From: Eledone cirrhosa
Lineage: Eukaryota
Assembly: GCA_964016885.1 (NCBI GenBank)
Contig: OZ024742.1
Coordinates: 313,410,001-313,474,000 of the forward strand
Length of the DNA: 64,000 bases
Direction of reading: 5' to 3'
Shown one piece after another: positions 50,447 to 64,000 of this stretch. The position numbers and the translations under genes were made by a program. Every line of letters begins with the position of its first letter. Within the stretch, counting starts at the first letter, position 1. The notes beneath the pieces are model-generated. The model searched no databases. It was not told where the DNA came from and worked only from the letters and a program-made list of their open reading frames with translations.

Positions 50447-51012
50447 AGGAATCAAATGCTGCGTGCAGGAGAGGCGGTTACGCTGGTATGGACATGTGAT
50501 GCGTATGAAGGATGACAGCTGCATAAAAAGGTGCAGAGCACTAGAAGTTGATGGAAACCGCGGAGTGGGGAGACCCAAGATGACTTGGGATGAGGTGATA
50601 AAAGCCGACCTTACCCAACTACACCTCTCAAAGTCAATGACACACGACCGTGACTTCTGGCGTCACGCAGTAATACAGGGTACCCGACCTCCTATGGGTA
50701 CATGCTGAAGCATATAAACAATATGCCCCCCCCCCCCCCCCACCGCAAGGTGGCCGTGGAGGTGCCACGGCAAAAAAGCACCCAGCCCACACTGTAAAGT
50801 GGACGTGTAGGCGCCACGAAAAAGCACCCAGCACTCACTGTAAATGAGGTTGGTGTTAGGAAGGGCATCCAGCTGTAGAAATCAAGCCAGATCAGTTCCT
50901 GTATGAGCAAGGCATGGTCAGCCGACCAGACACTGCCCACAACAGGACAACCCGTCTAACCCATGCTAGCGTGGAAGAACGGACGTAAAACGGTGATGAT
51001 GATGATGATGAT
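50443..51012 (+). mobile_element. Short 5'-truncated RTE LINE (second subfamily) within (TA)n
   Basis: RGIKCCVQERRLRWYGHVMRM..GRPKMTW C-terminus, 3' UTR, (GAT)n tail, (TA)n on both sides. Confidence 0.92.
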
Positions 51013-52490
51013 ATATATATATATATATATGTAAGGGTGGGTAGAGTGGCAGTATCGGTGGAGTGTCAGGCAACATGCTTTACAGCATATAGTTATGGTC
51101 CTTTATGTTCTGAGATCAAATCCTGCCATGGTTGGCTTTGTCTTTCATCCTTACGGGGGTCGATAATATAAAGAACCAATAATGTACTGGTGTTGAATTA
51201 ATCAACTTTCCCTCCCCCAAAATTGTTGGCCTTGTGCCTAAATCAGAAAGCATTTTTTTAATATATATATATATATATATACATACATATCATCATCATT
51301 ATCACCATTGTATGGGTTACATGAGCTGTTACCTTTTGAGGTCGGATAAGTCAGGTGATGTTGTTTTGCTCATATCTTACATGTTTTTACTTTGTTTTCT
51401 ATGGCTGAATTCTCTTCCTAATGTTAACAACCTTACAGGGTTGTCTGGGTGCTTTTTATCATGTTACCAGCATGACCACCTTCCAGAGGGTGCACACACA
51501 CAGACAACAAAGACAACAACAACAGCAGCAGCAAGTATTTTCAGGTCATTTTCCCTGTTAAAGTATGGGTTAGCTTTGCTGGCTCCATGGACAAGCATTT
51601 TCACTTTGCCCTATTGGTTGCATCTCTGCTTACAAATATCGTGGCTTTCATTTCATCATCAGCCATATCTTTCTCGGTCTTTCCACATTTATTCCCATTC
51701 AGCCTTCCTCAACACAGCATCCAACCCTCTCACTCCATTTCTCTTCACAACATTCATTACTGACTCTATTCTCATCATCTTCTGCAAATTTTTGTTTATC
51801 TTCCTCTCTATGAGTGATGCTCCACTCATCCACCCAGCTATACTCATTTTCATTCTTTTCTCTCTTTGCTGCTCCACTTTCATCACCTATGATTTGCTTC
51901 CATAAATCATGGTACTTTTCACACATGTTGCATGCACTTTTCACCTGATTAACCCTTTATCATTTACATTACTCTATTTATACTATTATATTTTCACGAT
52001 AATGGCTTTACCTTACATAATTATGTCACATAATATCAAATCTATGAGATTTTGATATTATTTATTTTGAGAACGATACCTTAACATTAGTATAAATGGC
52101 CGGTTACAGCAGGTTTGAACAGAAAGAGGTGAGAGAATTCTGGCTTGTTTTAAATGCTGAAGGGTTAACATGCTACTCATCATATCTTGGGCATTTTAAG
52201 TCCATCATTTCTCCAGGTCAGAACACAGCTGATTTCGTTCAGAAAAAGGAGAGTATGTTAGAAAGGATGTGGGGAAAGAGATATGAGGAAGAATTAACCA
52301 CAGTACTAAACTGCTACTTTTTTCATTGAACCCCAAAAGATAAATCACAAAGTTGATCTTAGCAGGTTTTGAAATCAGAGCACAGAGATATAGAATGAAT
52401 ATTGTAAAACATTTTATATGACATACTAATGATTCAGCCAATTCACCACCTCAACAATAAAGCTTAATTTTTGTTATTACAATCCATTGA

Positions 52491-52912
<422 letters not shown>

Positions 52913-53632
52913 TGTTACACTGTTAAACACTGTAAGGGGGTTAGTTTTTGGATGGGTGTTCAGCCAAAAAAGAAACAATGCCAAATATGGAATGTATCGA
53001 GCAAGATTGGTTACTCTAAGCCATCTGATCTTAGACCATGACAACCCATCCATTCTATGTCAGCATGGAAAGGAGACATAGAATGATGAGATGTGTACAA
53101 CAAAGGGATTTTCTCTCTAAGGGAAGAGTATATTTTATGATACTGTGTGAAAAGTGTGATATTGCATGTTAGTGAGATGTGGGTGCTGAGTGTAAAGGAT
53201 ATGTGAAGGTTGGAAAGAAATGAAGTAAGCATGCTCCATTGGATGTGTAATGTTAATGTGTAATGTTAACATGTAATGTTTTTATACTTTGAGAGGGCCT
53301 ATGGCTCTTATTTTTAAAATGTTACGCAATAGCGTAGAAGTTCCCTTGTCTTATAAATTAAATATAGGGTTCAGAAGACTCCTCACTTGTATCAGGGACA
53401 CAACAACCTCCTTATTGTTGGTGACACAATAAAATACAACCAGTCCATTCTGTAAAGTGGTTGATAGAAAACTTGAAAGGTAGAGAAGACTTTTCAGTTG
53501 CATCAGACGTGATGGCCTCCATTGTGCTGATGCCATGATAAAATGCAAAGTACACTCTGTGTGTATGTAAACAAGATGGAGCTATCTGAGAGATCAGCAG
53601 CTCCCATTAAATGATGACGATGATGATGGTGA

Positions 53633-53788
<156 letters not shown>

Positions 53789-55509
53789 TAAACTATGCAT
53801 CTCTTATTCTTTTTCTGCTGCTGGGTGGCTGGGTTTATAGGATATACACCTACCAACAAAGATTTCTGTACTGTCACTGGCACATTTCCCTTTCTATTGC
53901 CTAGACACTTAGCCCTTTTGATATTAACCCACCTGAGAATACCCTTCATTCTATGATATAAAGTAGTCTGTTTCAAAGTGTTTGTGATAAATGTTGGGAA
54001 GCAAAATGAAATGGAAGGGTTGGATCAAGTGTTGAGGAAATGATGAAAGTGACTGAGGGAAAGGAGTGATGGAAATAAATAGGAAGGAAGTAGAGAAAGG
54101 GGAAGATTAAGAAGACATGACTAAAGATGATGAAGGGGGAAATGAAGGCCTTTCATCCTTTCAGGGTCGATAAAATAAGTGATAAACTGTCGTATAGTAG
54201 GGTTGATTATAACAATTTCCAGCAAAATATCGAATTTCTATTTATTCTATTCAAGAAAAAAAATCATTAGTATGATATAAGAACTATTAATTTCTTTTGA
54301 CTTGAAACATGTCAAATATTGCAAAATAGGATCTAAGTAAATAAATATTTTATCAACTCTGAAAGGGTAAAAGGTAAAGTTGGCCCTGGTAGAATGAAAG
54401 ATGAAGTTGATCCTGTTGAGATTTAAACCCAGATGGAACTAAATATTATAAAGTATTTCTGCCAATTCTCCATCCTGAATATAAACAAAAGTAAATGAAA
54501 ATATCAGAAAATGTCAACTCCATTTATGAGGACATTGTATACAATATTCTGAAACAGAAACATCAAAACTGACCCTGTGGGATCCGTGACATGAAGTGGG
54601 AAAGTGGGGTGGGTGTCATATCAGATATAGTGAGAAACTAAAGTAGGATACTGACCTGCAATATATCCAAGAAATGAAGATGGTAGATGGAGAGAGAAGT
54701 GTGATGGATGTCATATCACATATATTGACAAACTGAAGTAGGATACTGACCTGGAATCTATTAACCCTTTAGCATTTAAACCGGCCATATTCGGCCAGAA
54801 TTCTCTCAACTTTTTCTGTTCAAAATGGCCATAACCAGCTGCTCATACTTATGTTAAAGTATTGTTCACAAAATAAATAATAACAAAATCTCATAGATTC
54901 GATATTATGTGAGAGAAAGTGTTTACTGTGAAAATATAATAGTAAATATAGAGTAATGTGAATACTAAAGGGTTAAGGAACTGAGGGTGGTAATAAGGGA
55001 GAGAGAAATGTGAATGAGGGACTTAGTTTGGGTTCCTGCTATGGCTAAGAGAACAAACTAACTGTGTGTTTGTGATATAGCCTTCCAGTGGGAAGGTGAA
55101 GTCACATTGAAGCCTTGCCTTATGCTTTTTCTCATGACTGCTTTATTGTAATGGGTTGCTACTTCTATGGCAAGCTGATACTATCTGTCAATCTCAACTC
55201 CTGGCAGAATGAAGCAAGATTTGAACTCAGAATGTACAGAACCAAATCAGATAGCTACTTCAAAGCATCTCATCAACCAACACTTTAACAATTCTGCTAT
55301 TCCACTGCCACACCTGGACTGGTACTTTATTTCATCGACCCCTAAAGGATAAAAGGCAATGTTGACCCTGGTGGGATTTGAACTCAGAGTGTAGTGAGCT
55401 GGAACAAATACCAAACCACTTAATCCAACACCCTAACAACTCTATTTGTTGCCTATGGAGAACTTTCTAACTAGTATTAGAAAAAAATTATCTATTCATA
55501 GAGATATAG

Positions 55510-55629
<120 letters not shown>

Positions 55630-56744
55630 TAATGATGGACATTTTTATATATTCATCACAACTTTTCCTGTCTACTTCTGTTACCTGATTTGTAGTGAAG
55701 TGGTCACTTTTGAGAAAAATGGCAATACAGACAAATCCTATTGTTCTTAAATTCTTGTTGTTGCTGTTGTTGTTCTTTTTCTTTTTCTTTTTCTTTTTCT
55801 TTTTCTTTTTCTTCTTCCATTTATTCCTGGGAGTGTCATGAGAGCAGTCTCCTGTCAGTAGCAACCATCTCCAATTGATCCAGCTGGACACAGCTTATTA
55901 TTTTTCAAATAATTTTGTAAAAAATCAAGAATTTGGGTATTTTATGATCTTGGTCTGGTGAAGAGGGTAAGTGGGACCCCAGCAGCACAAAAAAGGAGCT
56001 TTTAAAGGGCAGATGAATTCTTTAGAGTCAATAGCCATCCACCCCAAATATGTGTTAAATAGCTTGGTCATGAGGGTCCAATAGCCTGGGAATGCAGCCC
56101 CCTAGAGTTAGTGACATATATAAATCACTGTGGCATGGTGATCTGTTTCATTGGACAGTTTTCAGCCAAGTTACATCCTTCAAGAGTTCCCAAGCCACCA
56201 GGCTAGGAATGATGTCCCATTAAAACCACCGGGAAATGGCGAATTGCCTAAACCCTCGAGGCACATGGTAACATGGAAAAATACCTGTTTACCCATTTCA
56301 AAAATATAAAGATACATAACAATAATTACAGACTTGGGATTGTGGTGCAGGAAAATGCTAAGCAGTCTGAGCCCCATGCCCACTGATTCAGGAGCACAGA
56401 ACTCCTGGTGCTGGTTACATGTTATATGTAAGTAGGTTCTCTTATTACTTCACGTTTAATCCTTTCATTACTATATTTCTAATAAGAGGTACTCATTATC
56501 ATCAGCATCATTTTTATGTCTGTTTTTCCACACTTGCATGATTTAAAGATAATTTGGTAAATAAGAGAAGTTGCCAAAAAGACAATGTGACTGGTTTAAA
56601 ACCTTGAATACATTGCCCCAGTATGGCCACTTTCCAATGACTAAAACCAGTAAAAGAATAAAAGTCAAAACTGCTGATAACTAGAATTTAAATGTCAACA
56701 GCAACTCCTTATAATTTGTATTACATTCATCAGCTGCTTAATAA

Positions 56745-56903
<159 letters not shown>

Positions 56904-59451
56904 TAAGTAGGTTCTCTTATTACTTCACGTTTAATCCTTTCATTACTATATTTCTAATAAGAGGTACTCATTATCATCATCATCATCACCATCACCACCC
57001 CCAACATCACCACCAGTATCACCACCACCACTACCACCACCACGACTACCACTACTACTACTACCACCATCATCATCATCAGCATCATTTTTATGTCTGT
57101 TTTTCCACACTTGCATGATTTAAAGATAATTTGGTAAATAATCAAGAATTTGAATTTATCAGCAAAGTGAGAGGGAGCAATGAGTTTAGTGAGGACAAAC
57201 TCTCTAGTGTTGGTGCCATGATAAAACTCATCCATTACACTTTGTAAAACGATTGGTGTTATGAAGAGCATCTAGCTGTATAAAACTTGCCAAACATAGG
57301 GCTGTGGGGAGTTTACCGATGTGTCAAAGATATGATAATCTCCTTTGTATTGGTGCTACAATAAAATGCACCTAGTACACTTCATAAATTGTAGGAATGT
57401 ATGTAAGCAAGATGGGGCCCTCAGCCCATCTGTGAGGCCAATGGCTCTTATTGATTCCTGATGATATCCAGCCATCTGTATGTTTAGCACATTAATCAAC
57501 ATGCAAGTAATTGAGTAATTCACAAACATGTGCACCCTTAATCCTTTAGCATTTTAACTGGCCATATTTGGCCAGAATTCTCTTATCTTTCTCTCTTCAA
57601 ACCGGCCATAACTGGCTGGTTATACTGACATTAAGGTATTGTTCTCAAAATAAATGACTTCAAAATCTTGTAGATTTGATATTATGTGAGATAATTTTGT
57701 AAGATAAAGCCTTTACCATAAAAATACATTAGTATATATAGAGTAATGTAAATGCTAAAGTGTTAATGCAATTACCAAGCTGAATCAGCATGATACAATA
57801 TGTGACAAGGCTAGACAAGGTATAATCCATCTATCTATTCAATTTCACTCATAAGACTCGAGTCAATTCAAGGTTATATATAGTAATACATTTTCCCAAG
57901 ATGCTAAGCAGAGGAATCAAACACAGAGCCTTATGATTGTGTAGCACACTTTTTAACCACTCTGCAATGCCTGAATATACATATGTAATAACATATGTAT
58001 GGGCAATGAAGACATTACACATTCTGTTACAGAATCAAGATGAAAACCATTAACTAAAAACCAACTGAGAGATTCAAACATTGTAAATTTTGTTTGAATT
58101 TCTGAGATGAGGAATTATCATTACTATAAACTGATTTATTCCAACTAATGTCCTCACCCTGGTTGTATCACAACCAAGATAAGAATACTAGTTTGAACAA
58201 ATCTGTTTATAATAATGACTCATGGTAACTTTCTCTTAAAAGGCTCCCCTAGAGGCTTTGTAAAATGAACTTATTTCCTTGGACATTATAGACCAACCTT
58301 CACACATCAATCTATAAATTTGCACGGATATAATTGTACTGTGCATTTGTAACTATGTTTATATATATATATAAGGATACATATTTGCAGTATTTGTTCT
58401 GGCTCTTTATATTCAGAGTTCAAATCCTGCCAAGTTCAACTTTCCCAGAAAGAAAAACAGATGTTAAACGATGGTGATGATGATATATGTGTGTGTGTGT
58501 GTGTGTGTGTATGTAGCCCGGGTTCAATCGGGAGTATCCACAGTAAGTAAGATATTCAATACATAGCAGAGTATACACAATGTTTAACCCTTTAACATTC
58601 ACATTATTCTATATATACTCTTATATTTTCATGGTAAAGGCTTTACCTCGCATAATTATCTCACATAATATCGAATCTATGAGATTTTGAAAGTATTTAT
58701 GTTGAGAACAATACCTTAACATCAGTATCAGTGGCCAGTTACAGCCAGTTTCAACAGAAAGAGGTAGAGAATTCTGGCCGGTTTGAACATTAAAGGATTA
58801 ATATAGGACAGGACTAGAATTGTTTCTACAGGCTTCTACAGGACAGGACTAGAATTGTTTCATTCAAAAGAAATCACGAGGAAAGCTTTCCTGATGATTT
58901 CCTTCAAATGAAACAGTTCTAGTCCAGTAGAAGCCATTTCTATATTAAACATTATATATATGTATATCATCATACTTTTACATGTTTTTCAAGCATAGAA
59001 AATAAATGTTAAACAATGATGATGAACTAAACTACAGAGAGAAAAACTGATATACATGTTCTATCCAATATTAATTATAGAGAAAGTAAGTTAAAGTGAT
59101 GTATGCATGTGATGTAAAGGTGTGTGGAACCAAATTATAAATACTTTGTCAGAACATACCTTTTTATATTAATGACACATAAATGTTAGTGTCTACAAGA
59201 ATATATTTAACACAAGGAAAACATAACATTACTAGAAATCCCATATGTTATAAAATAAATAGGGGTTGGGTTTTAATATGTAAAGTTAATGACTAATTCT
59301 GTTTTTTTTTTAAATCAACAGACAACCTAGAAACATTATCAATTTTCTAACCCCGCTGCTTATTCCAATGCTCTAAATTATTCCACCCCACACCCACCTA
59401 TTATTTGGGACCCAATACTAGTATTTATGGTTATCAATTATTATTACTTTT

Positions 59452-59845
59452 GTGGTGAATTGGCAGTATCGGTAGAGGGTCGGACGCCATGCTTTGACGC
59501 ATAGAGTTACGGCCCTTGCCATTCTGAGTTCAAATCCCGTTGAGGTTAACTTTGCCTTTCATCCTTATGGGGTCGATAAAATAAAGTACCAGTAATGTAC
59601 TGGGTAATTGCTGGCCTTGTGCCAATAGTAGAAACAATTATTACTTTTGCTATTCTGAGTTCAAATTCCGCCGAGGGGTTAACTTTGTCTGTCATCCTTA
59701 CGGGGGTCGAAAAATAAAGTACCAGTAATTCACTGGGTAATTGCTGGCCTTGTACCAAAAGTAGAAACAATTATTACTTTTGTGGCATATAGTTATATCC
59801 CTTTATGTTCTGAGTTCAAATCCTGCTGAAGTTAGCTTTGCCTAA
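59452..59845 (+). mobile_element. Cluster of one full and two partial SINE copies
   Basis: Repeated CAATTATTACTTTTG junctions between units. Confidence 0.82.
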
Positions 59846-60028
59846 CAGAAACCATTTATTTTATTATAGTTATCTGCCTTGCAGCGACTATATTTTATAT
59901 TTAAAATTTCCCAATATTTTGTAAGTCAACAGGATGTGTGTGTAAGTGCTTGTATGTATAAGTGTTGTGTGTGTGTCAGCAAGGGAAATAATTTGACTCT
60001 AATAAAAACAATTTTATCTTTCAGATAA

Positions 60029-60187
<159 letters not shown>

Positions 60188-61157
60188 TAATATGAAAATA
60201 TCTATTTTATGGTATTTTTATTTTTTTTGGTTTACAACTGTGGTTGAGTAATTAAGAAGTTTGTTTCATAACCATGAGGTCCCAGGATCAATCACACTGC
60301 TTGGTATCATAGGCAAGTGTCTTTACTATAGCCTCAAGTTAACCCAAGCCTTGTAAGTGAAATTAGGCTGACAGTTGGATTGTATCTGTGATTCAAAGGT
60401 TCAGCTTTGTCACATATTGTATCTTGCTGATTCAGTTTGGACATAAACCCTTTAGAATTTACATTACTCTATATATGCTATTATATTTTCATAATAAAGG
60501 CTTTACCTCACATAATATTGAATCTATTTTAAGAACAATACCTTGACGTAAGTATGAGCAGCTGGTTACAGCTGGTTTGAACAGAAAGAGGTGAGAGAAT
60601 TCTGGTCAGATATGACTGGTTTAAATGCTAAAGGGTTAAGGCAGGTATGGGCAACCTTTTTTAAGCAGTGGGCTACATAGGATATGTGGGCTGCACTACT
60701 AAAAAAATTCAAGAAATTTTGAAATTAGGCATACCATTCAGAAAGCCAAATGGTCTGCAGTTTGCCCATAACTGCTTTAAGGGTATACATGTTAGTGGAA
60801 TTCTCAACCACTTACATCGTTGAATCTAATGGAGGATTCATCATCTTCATTATCATATGTATATATATACTTATGAGAAAATGTTGACAAATCAAGGTAC
60901 TGGATACAACACACCAATCTGTGGTGAATAATGATGCAATTAGATGTAAGAACTCAACGTCATGTGTATTCTTCTAAATATAAATGGTTAGTCCATGACA
61001 GAGTATTTGTACAATAAGGATTATTGTGAAGGTCCGATATAGATAAATCTTTTAAAGGAATTATGTACATCTACATTGGACCTTCGCAATTATCCTTGTG
61101 TATATATATATATCATCATCATCGTCATCACCGTTTTACATCCATATATATATATAT

Positions 61158-63316
61158 ATCATCATCATCATCATCATCATCATCACCATTTTACGTCCGT
61201 TCTTCCATGCTAGCATGGGTTAGACGGGTTGTCCTGTTGTGGGCAATGTCTGGTCGGCTGACCATGCCTTGCTCATACAGGAACTGATTTTGGCTTGATT
61301 TCTACAGCTGGATGCCCTTCCTAACACCAACCTCATTTACAGTGAGTGCTGGGTGCTTTTTTTTCGTGGCGCCTACACGTCCACTTTACAGTGTGGGCTG
61401 GGTGCTTTTTTGCCGTGGCGCCTCCACGACCACTTTGCAGTGGGAGGGTGTGGGGGAATATTGTCTATATGCTTCAGCTCGTACCCATGGGAGGTCGGGT
61501 ACTCTGTATTACTGCGTGACGCCAGAGGTCACGGTCGTGTGTCATCGCCTTTGAGAGGTGTAATTGGTTAAGGTCGGCTTTGTTCACCTCATCCCAGGTC
61601 TTCTTGGGTCTCCCCACTCTGCGGTTTCCATTGACTTCTAGTGCTCTGCACCTTTTTATGCGACTGTCATCCTTCATACACATCACATGTCCATACCAAC
61701 GCAACTGCCTCTCCTGCACACAGCATTTTATTCCTCTTATGCTCAGTCTCTCTCTCAATTCATTTATGCTTTGCCGTTCGCGTATATTACTATTACACAT
61801 CTATCGGAGCATGCAGGCTTTGTTTCTTTCTAATCTACAAAAGTCTTCCACCTTCAGCGCCCAGGTCTCACTACCATGTAGCATTGCTGTTCGTATACAC
61901 GCATCATACAGTCTGCCTTTCATTTTGAGGGAAAAGCCTTTTGCAGCTAGCAGTGGCAGTAGCTCCCTGAGCTTCTTCCATCCCGTTCTTACCCTAGTTA
62001 TTGTACTTTCTGAACACCCACCTCCGCTGCTAATTCAGTCACCTAGGTAGCAGAAGCTGTCTACTGTTTCTACAGAGCCCTCCCAGAGATTGGTGGTACT
62101 TGTTTCCTGTGGCTGTTTGCTGCTTGCTGTCCCAGCACAGCTGCTACATGTGAAGCCTACATTCTTAATTAAGCTTCCTGAGATCCTGCTACATCTCTTG
62201 TGTACCCATTGTTTGCATTTGGGGCAGAGAATAGAGTTCCTACCTACACCTCTCTTACATACTGAGCAAGGCCATTTCCCTGAGGGGATCTGGGTTCTGT
62301 TTTCTCGTCTACTGACAAGGACCTTGGTCTTTGTCAAGTTGACTTTGAGACCCTTTCTTTCTAGTCCCTGCTTCCAAGTTTGGAATTTCTTCTCTAATTC
62401 TACCATAGATTCAGCTATAAGTGCGAGGTCATCTGCATACAGGAGTTCCCATGGGCATCCAGTCTTAAACTCCTCCGTTATTGCCTGCAGGACTATGATG
62501 AACAGGAGAGGGCTAAGAACAGAGCCCTGGTGGACACTGACCTGTATGCTAAATTCCTCGCTATACTCATTGCTAATCCTAACTTTGCTGGCTGCTCCCC
62601 TATACATGGCTTGTACAGCTTTCACAAGCCATTCATCTAGTCCTAGTTTTCTAAGAGCCCACCAGATTATAGCACGTGGAACTCTGTCAAAGGCTTTCTC
62701 GAGATCGACGAATGCCAGGTAGAGTGCCTTACTTTTAGCTAGGTACTTTTCCTGTAACTGCCTCACAAGGAAGAGGGCAGTGGTGCCTCTTCCTGGTACA
62801 AACCCAAATTGCATCTGATCTAGTTTCACCCGGTCAACTGTGCTATAACTCTTTCTGTTACTTTCATAGTTTCCTCTATCTAGTACATCACCTTTACCTT
62901 TGTAGCAGTTGACAATGATGCTACTGCACCAATCTTTTGGTATGACACCTTCTAGTATTACCTGGTTAACAATACATGTGACCTACAGACCCAGATGCCT
63001 TCAGCATCTCGGCAGCTATCCCCGATGGACCGGTTGCCTTCCCCATCTTCATATCTTTGATTGCCTTACTTACTATGCTGCTGCTGACTTGTACTGCTGG
63101 CCCCTCTATAGAGTCTACTTGGGGTAGGTTCTCTTCTTCCCATGCATTCTCCTCATTTAGTAATCTATCATAATGGCTCTTCCATGCATCTTTCTTCTCA
63201 GGACTTGTGAGGGCAAGCTCACCTTTATCATTCTGGATATACTTCTCTCCAATGACATCACAATTCTCTCTGGCACACTGCCTCGCAATCTTGAACACCT
63301 TCTGTTTCTGGTCCTC
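61158..63316 (-). mobile_element. 5'-truncated, degraded RTE LINE (second subfamily) within (TA)n
   Basis: ORF pieces 62966-63316, 62035-62829 (YADD, PHD-like Cys/His cluster) and 61474-61800; (CAT)n tail; (TA)n on both sides. Confidence 0.93.
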
Positions 63317-63452
63317 ATATATATATATATCAGATAGGGTGTAGTAAAAACCAGCTAGACCATAACCCACCAGAGTACTCGATACCGGCTGAGCTCCGGT
63401 CGTTTCAACAGCTAGATCCAAGTTCGGACCTAGCCGTCGGAGTCCTGAATCT

Positions 63453-63493
<41 letters not shown>

Positions 63494-63734
63494 TATATAT
63501 ATATATACTGTAAAATGGTTGTTTTGGTGTCATGACAAAAAGCACCCAGTCCACACTATAAAGTGGTCATCTTGGTGCCACAAACAAAAAACATCCATTT
63601 CACACTGTAAATTTGGTTGGCATTAGGAAGGGCATCCAGCTGTAGAAACCAAGCCAGAAACAGTTCTGTATGAGCAAGACATGGTCATCTGATTTGACTT
63701 GTCTCACAACGGGACAACTCAATTGCTTAAACAG

Positions 63735-64000
63735 TCATACAGCTCCCATAACTTTTGGAAACATTTTTTCACGCTCAGAGTTGCTGAAGCATGGAACAAA
63801 CTACCTACATCTGTTGTTAGCTGTTGGGACACTGCATCCTTCAAAACTTCCATATTTCCTGAAATTCGCCAACACTACACCTGATAATCCCCCTTCCATA
63901 CACATACATGCATGTATCTGTGTGTGTGTCTGTGTGTATATCATGACTCATACACTGTTCACTTTCCTGACGTACATTATTCTATGTACTATACATGCAC
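63735..64000 (+). mobile_element. CR1-type LINE 3' end, same family as 47102-47444
   Basis: KHFFTLRVAEAWNKLPTSVV; shared 3' UTR. Confidence 0.88.

Overview
Eukaryotic, AT-rich, microsatellite- and transposon-dense animal DNA; the repeat landscape (tRNA-type SINE, RTE LINEs with (GAT)n tails) is most consistent with an octopod cephalopod (inference, not verified). Two divergently transcribed multi-exon genes can be reconstructed by hand. TMEM41B/stasimon lies on the minus strand: probable first coding exon 29978-29915, further exons down to position 20, continuing off the left edge, with a U12-type intron and a probable GC-AG intron. The tubulin polyglutamylase TTLL1 lies on the plus strand: seven coding exons 47980-60181, continuing off the right edge, with one probable GC donor. 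The rest is mobile DNA: five RTE-type LINE copies or derivatives (the longer ones carry a PHD-like finger inside the RT region, and all sit next to (TA)n), a complete compact 4135-bp LTR retrotransposon, a hAT transposase relic split by a solo LTR, an internally deleted maT/mariner element, CRE and CR1 fragments, piggyBac-type MITEs, many SINEs, palindromes and minisatellites. The most unusual signal is that the LTR element lacks a normal tRNA-3'-end primer-binding site; the 12 nt abutting its 5' LTR are instead exactly complementary to the 5' end of tRNA-Phe. Most short ORFs in the supplied track are spurious. All family assignments are from recalled motifs; no database search was run.
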